This document shows positions 31,301 through 32,000 of a stretch of 32,000 nucleotides of DNA, piece after piece. Below the pieces are notes generated by a model. It was not told the origin of the DNA, ran no database searches, and saw only the letters and a program-made list of their open reading frames with translations. Where the stretch lies: NCBI GenBank assembly GCA_963718915.1, contig CAVRAI010000015.1, positions 900,001-932,000 on the forward strand. The letters run 5' to 3'. Each line of letters begins with the position of its first letter. The stretch's first letter is position 1. Position numbers and translations under genes: made by a program. Source of the DNA: an uncultured Chloroflexia bacterium. Its GTDB lineage: Bacteria > Chloroflexota > Ktedonobacteria > Ktedonobacterales > JADMIN01.

Positions 31301-32000
31301 TCACACTGTCGCGGTCGCAGCGGCATAGTAGCGGCTGGCGGGCGCCATACCGCGGACACCCGCCAGATAGCGGCTGGCAGCGACAACGGCGTCCAGATCG
31401 ATTCCCGTCTCGATGCCCATGCCATGCAGCAGGTACAGCAGGTCTTCGGTCGCCAGATTACCCGACGCGCCCGGCGCATAGGGGCAGCCACCCAGTCCGC
31501 CAGACGAGCCATCGAAGATCGTGACGCCAAGCTCCAGCGCGGCCAGCACATTGGCCAGCGCCGTGCCCCGTGTATCGTGGAAGTGCATCGCCAGCCGGTC
31601 GAGGCTTGTCACCTCTCGTAGCGCGCCGACGACATCGCCCACCTGATTCGGCGTCGCCACACCGATGGTATCACCTATCGAGAGTTCGTCCACGCCCAGC
31701 GCCACCAACTCGCGCGCGACCCGAGCCACCGCCTCCGGCGCCACCACGCCCTCGTAGGGGCAGCCGAACGCCGTCGAGATGTAGCCGCGCACGCGCAAGC
31801 CCGCCTGGCGCGCCATATCCACCACCGGGCGGAAGTTGGCGATGCTGCCCGCGATGGAGGTGCGGATGTTGTGCTGGACAAACGTCTCCGACGCGCCAGT
31901 GAAGACAGCTATCTCGTCCACTTTTGCGGTCAGCGCGCGCTCCATCCCCTTCTCGTTGGGCACGAGCACGGTGTAGCGGGTTCCTGGCTGCCGCGTGATG
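31301..32000 (-). CDS. Hydroxymethylglutaryl-CoA lyase (partial; the 5' end lies beyond the window)
   Basis: VLVPNEKGMERA, IAVFTGASETFVQHNI, GYISTAFGCPYEG, HFHDTRGTALANVLAALELG, GLGGCPYAPGASGN. The reading frame stays open to position 32000. Confidence 0.9.
   Translation of the reverse strand, partial: ITRQPGTRYTVLVPNEKGMERALTAKVDEIAVFTGASETFVQHNIRTSIAGSIANFRPVVDMARQAGLRVRGYISTAFGCPYEGVVAPEAVARVARELVALGVDELSIGDTIGVATPNQVGDVVGALREVTSLDRLAMHFHDTRGTALANVLAALELGVTIFDGSSGGLGGCPYAPGASGNLATEDLLYLLHGMGIETGIDLDAVVAASRYLAGVRGMAPASRYYAAATATV

Noticed and set aside
30931-31551. The N-terminal 207 codons of the 595-aa ORF at 29764-31551
   Set aside because: This part overlaps the HMG-CoA lyase gene by 250 nt in another frame and contains rare codons (ATA, AGA, TTA). 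The alternative frame starting at 31180 has promoter, RBS and better composition.
1-32000. CRISPR arrays, rRNA genes, IS elements, group II introns
   Set aside because: No spaced direct-repeat arrays, rRNA-like conserved stretches, terminal inverted repeats or reverse transcriptase/transposase-like ORFs were seen in any frame.

Overview
GC-rich bacterial chromosomal window, densely coding on both strands (about 31 protein genes and one tRNA). I saw no rRNA, CRISPR array, transposase or integrase. Most of it is housekeeping. Order from the 5' end: a ParA-family ATPase with a downstream non-ParB partner ORF; the conserved rpmH-rnpA-yidD-yidC-jag cluster (rpmH is below the ORF-track cutoff and was found by eye); a PfkB-type kinase; yceD/DUF177; a tRNA with anticodon CAT; obg; a thiolase; an EamA transporter; a DUF433/DUF5615 (PIN-like) toxin-antitoxin-type pair; a DUF1232 membrane protein; a TPP enzyme; an ECF sigma factor with a fused C-terminal domain next to a DUF385-type oxidoreductase; RidA; a DmpA/P1 peptidase; DUF302; an AI-2E transporter; xylulokinase; a 982-aa XRE-HTH/AAA_16/TPR (STAND-like) protein; ligA; an aldehyde dehydrogenase. 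The least conventional stretch is 27.4-31.3 kb. It holds a histidine phosphatase with a basic N-terminal extension, a stripped-down VirB11/CpaF-like ATPase with an atypical P-loop and no secretion partners, a mini HTH ORF, and a convergent bitopic membrane protein with a Cys-rich ectodomain whose reading frame appears broken. The window ends inside an HMG-CoA lyase gene. A TGnTACA(C/A)T extended -10 element recurs upstream of many genes, and two genes look leaderless. The short, monoderm-type YidC and the overall protein flavour suggest a Chloroflexota- or Actinobacteria-like organism, but I cannot verify this without a database search. All functional calls rest on motif and family recognition by eye. 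No searches were run.
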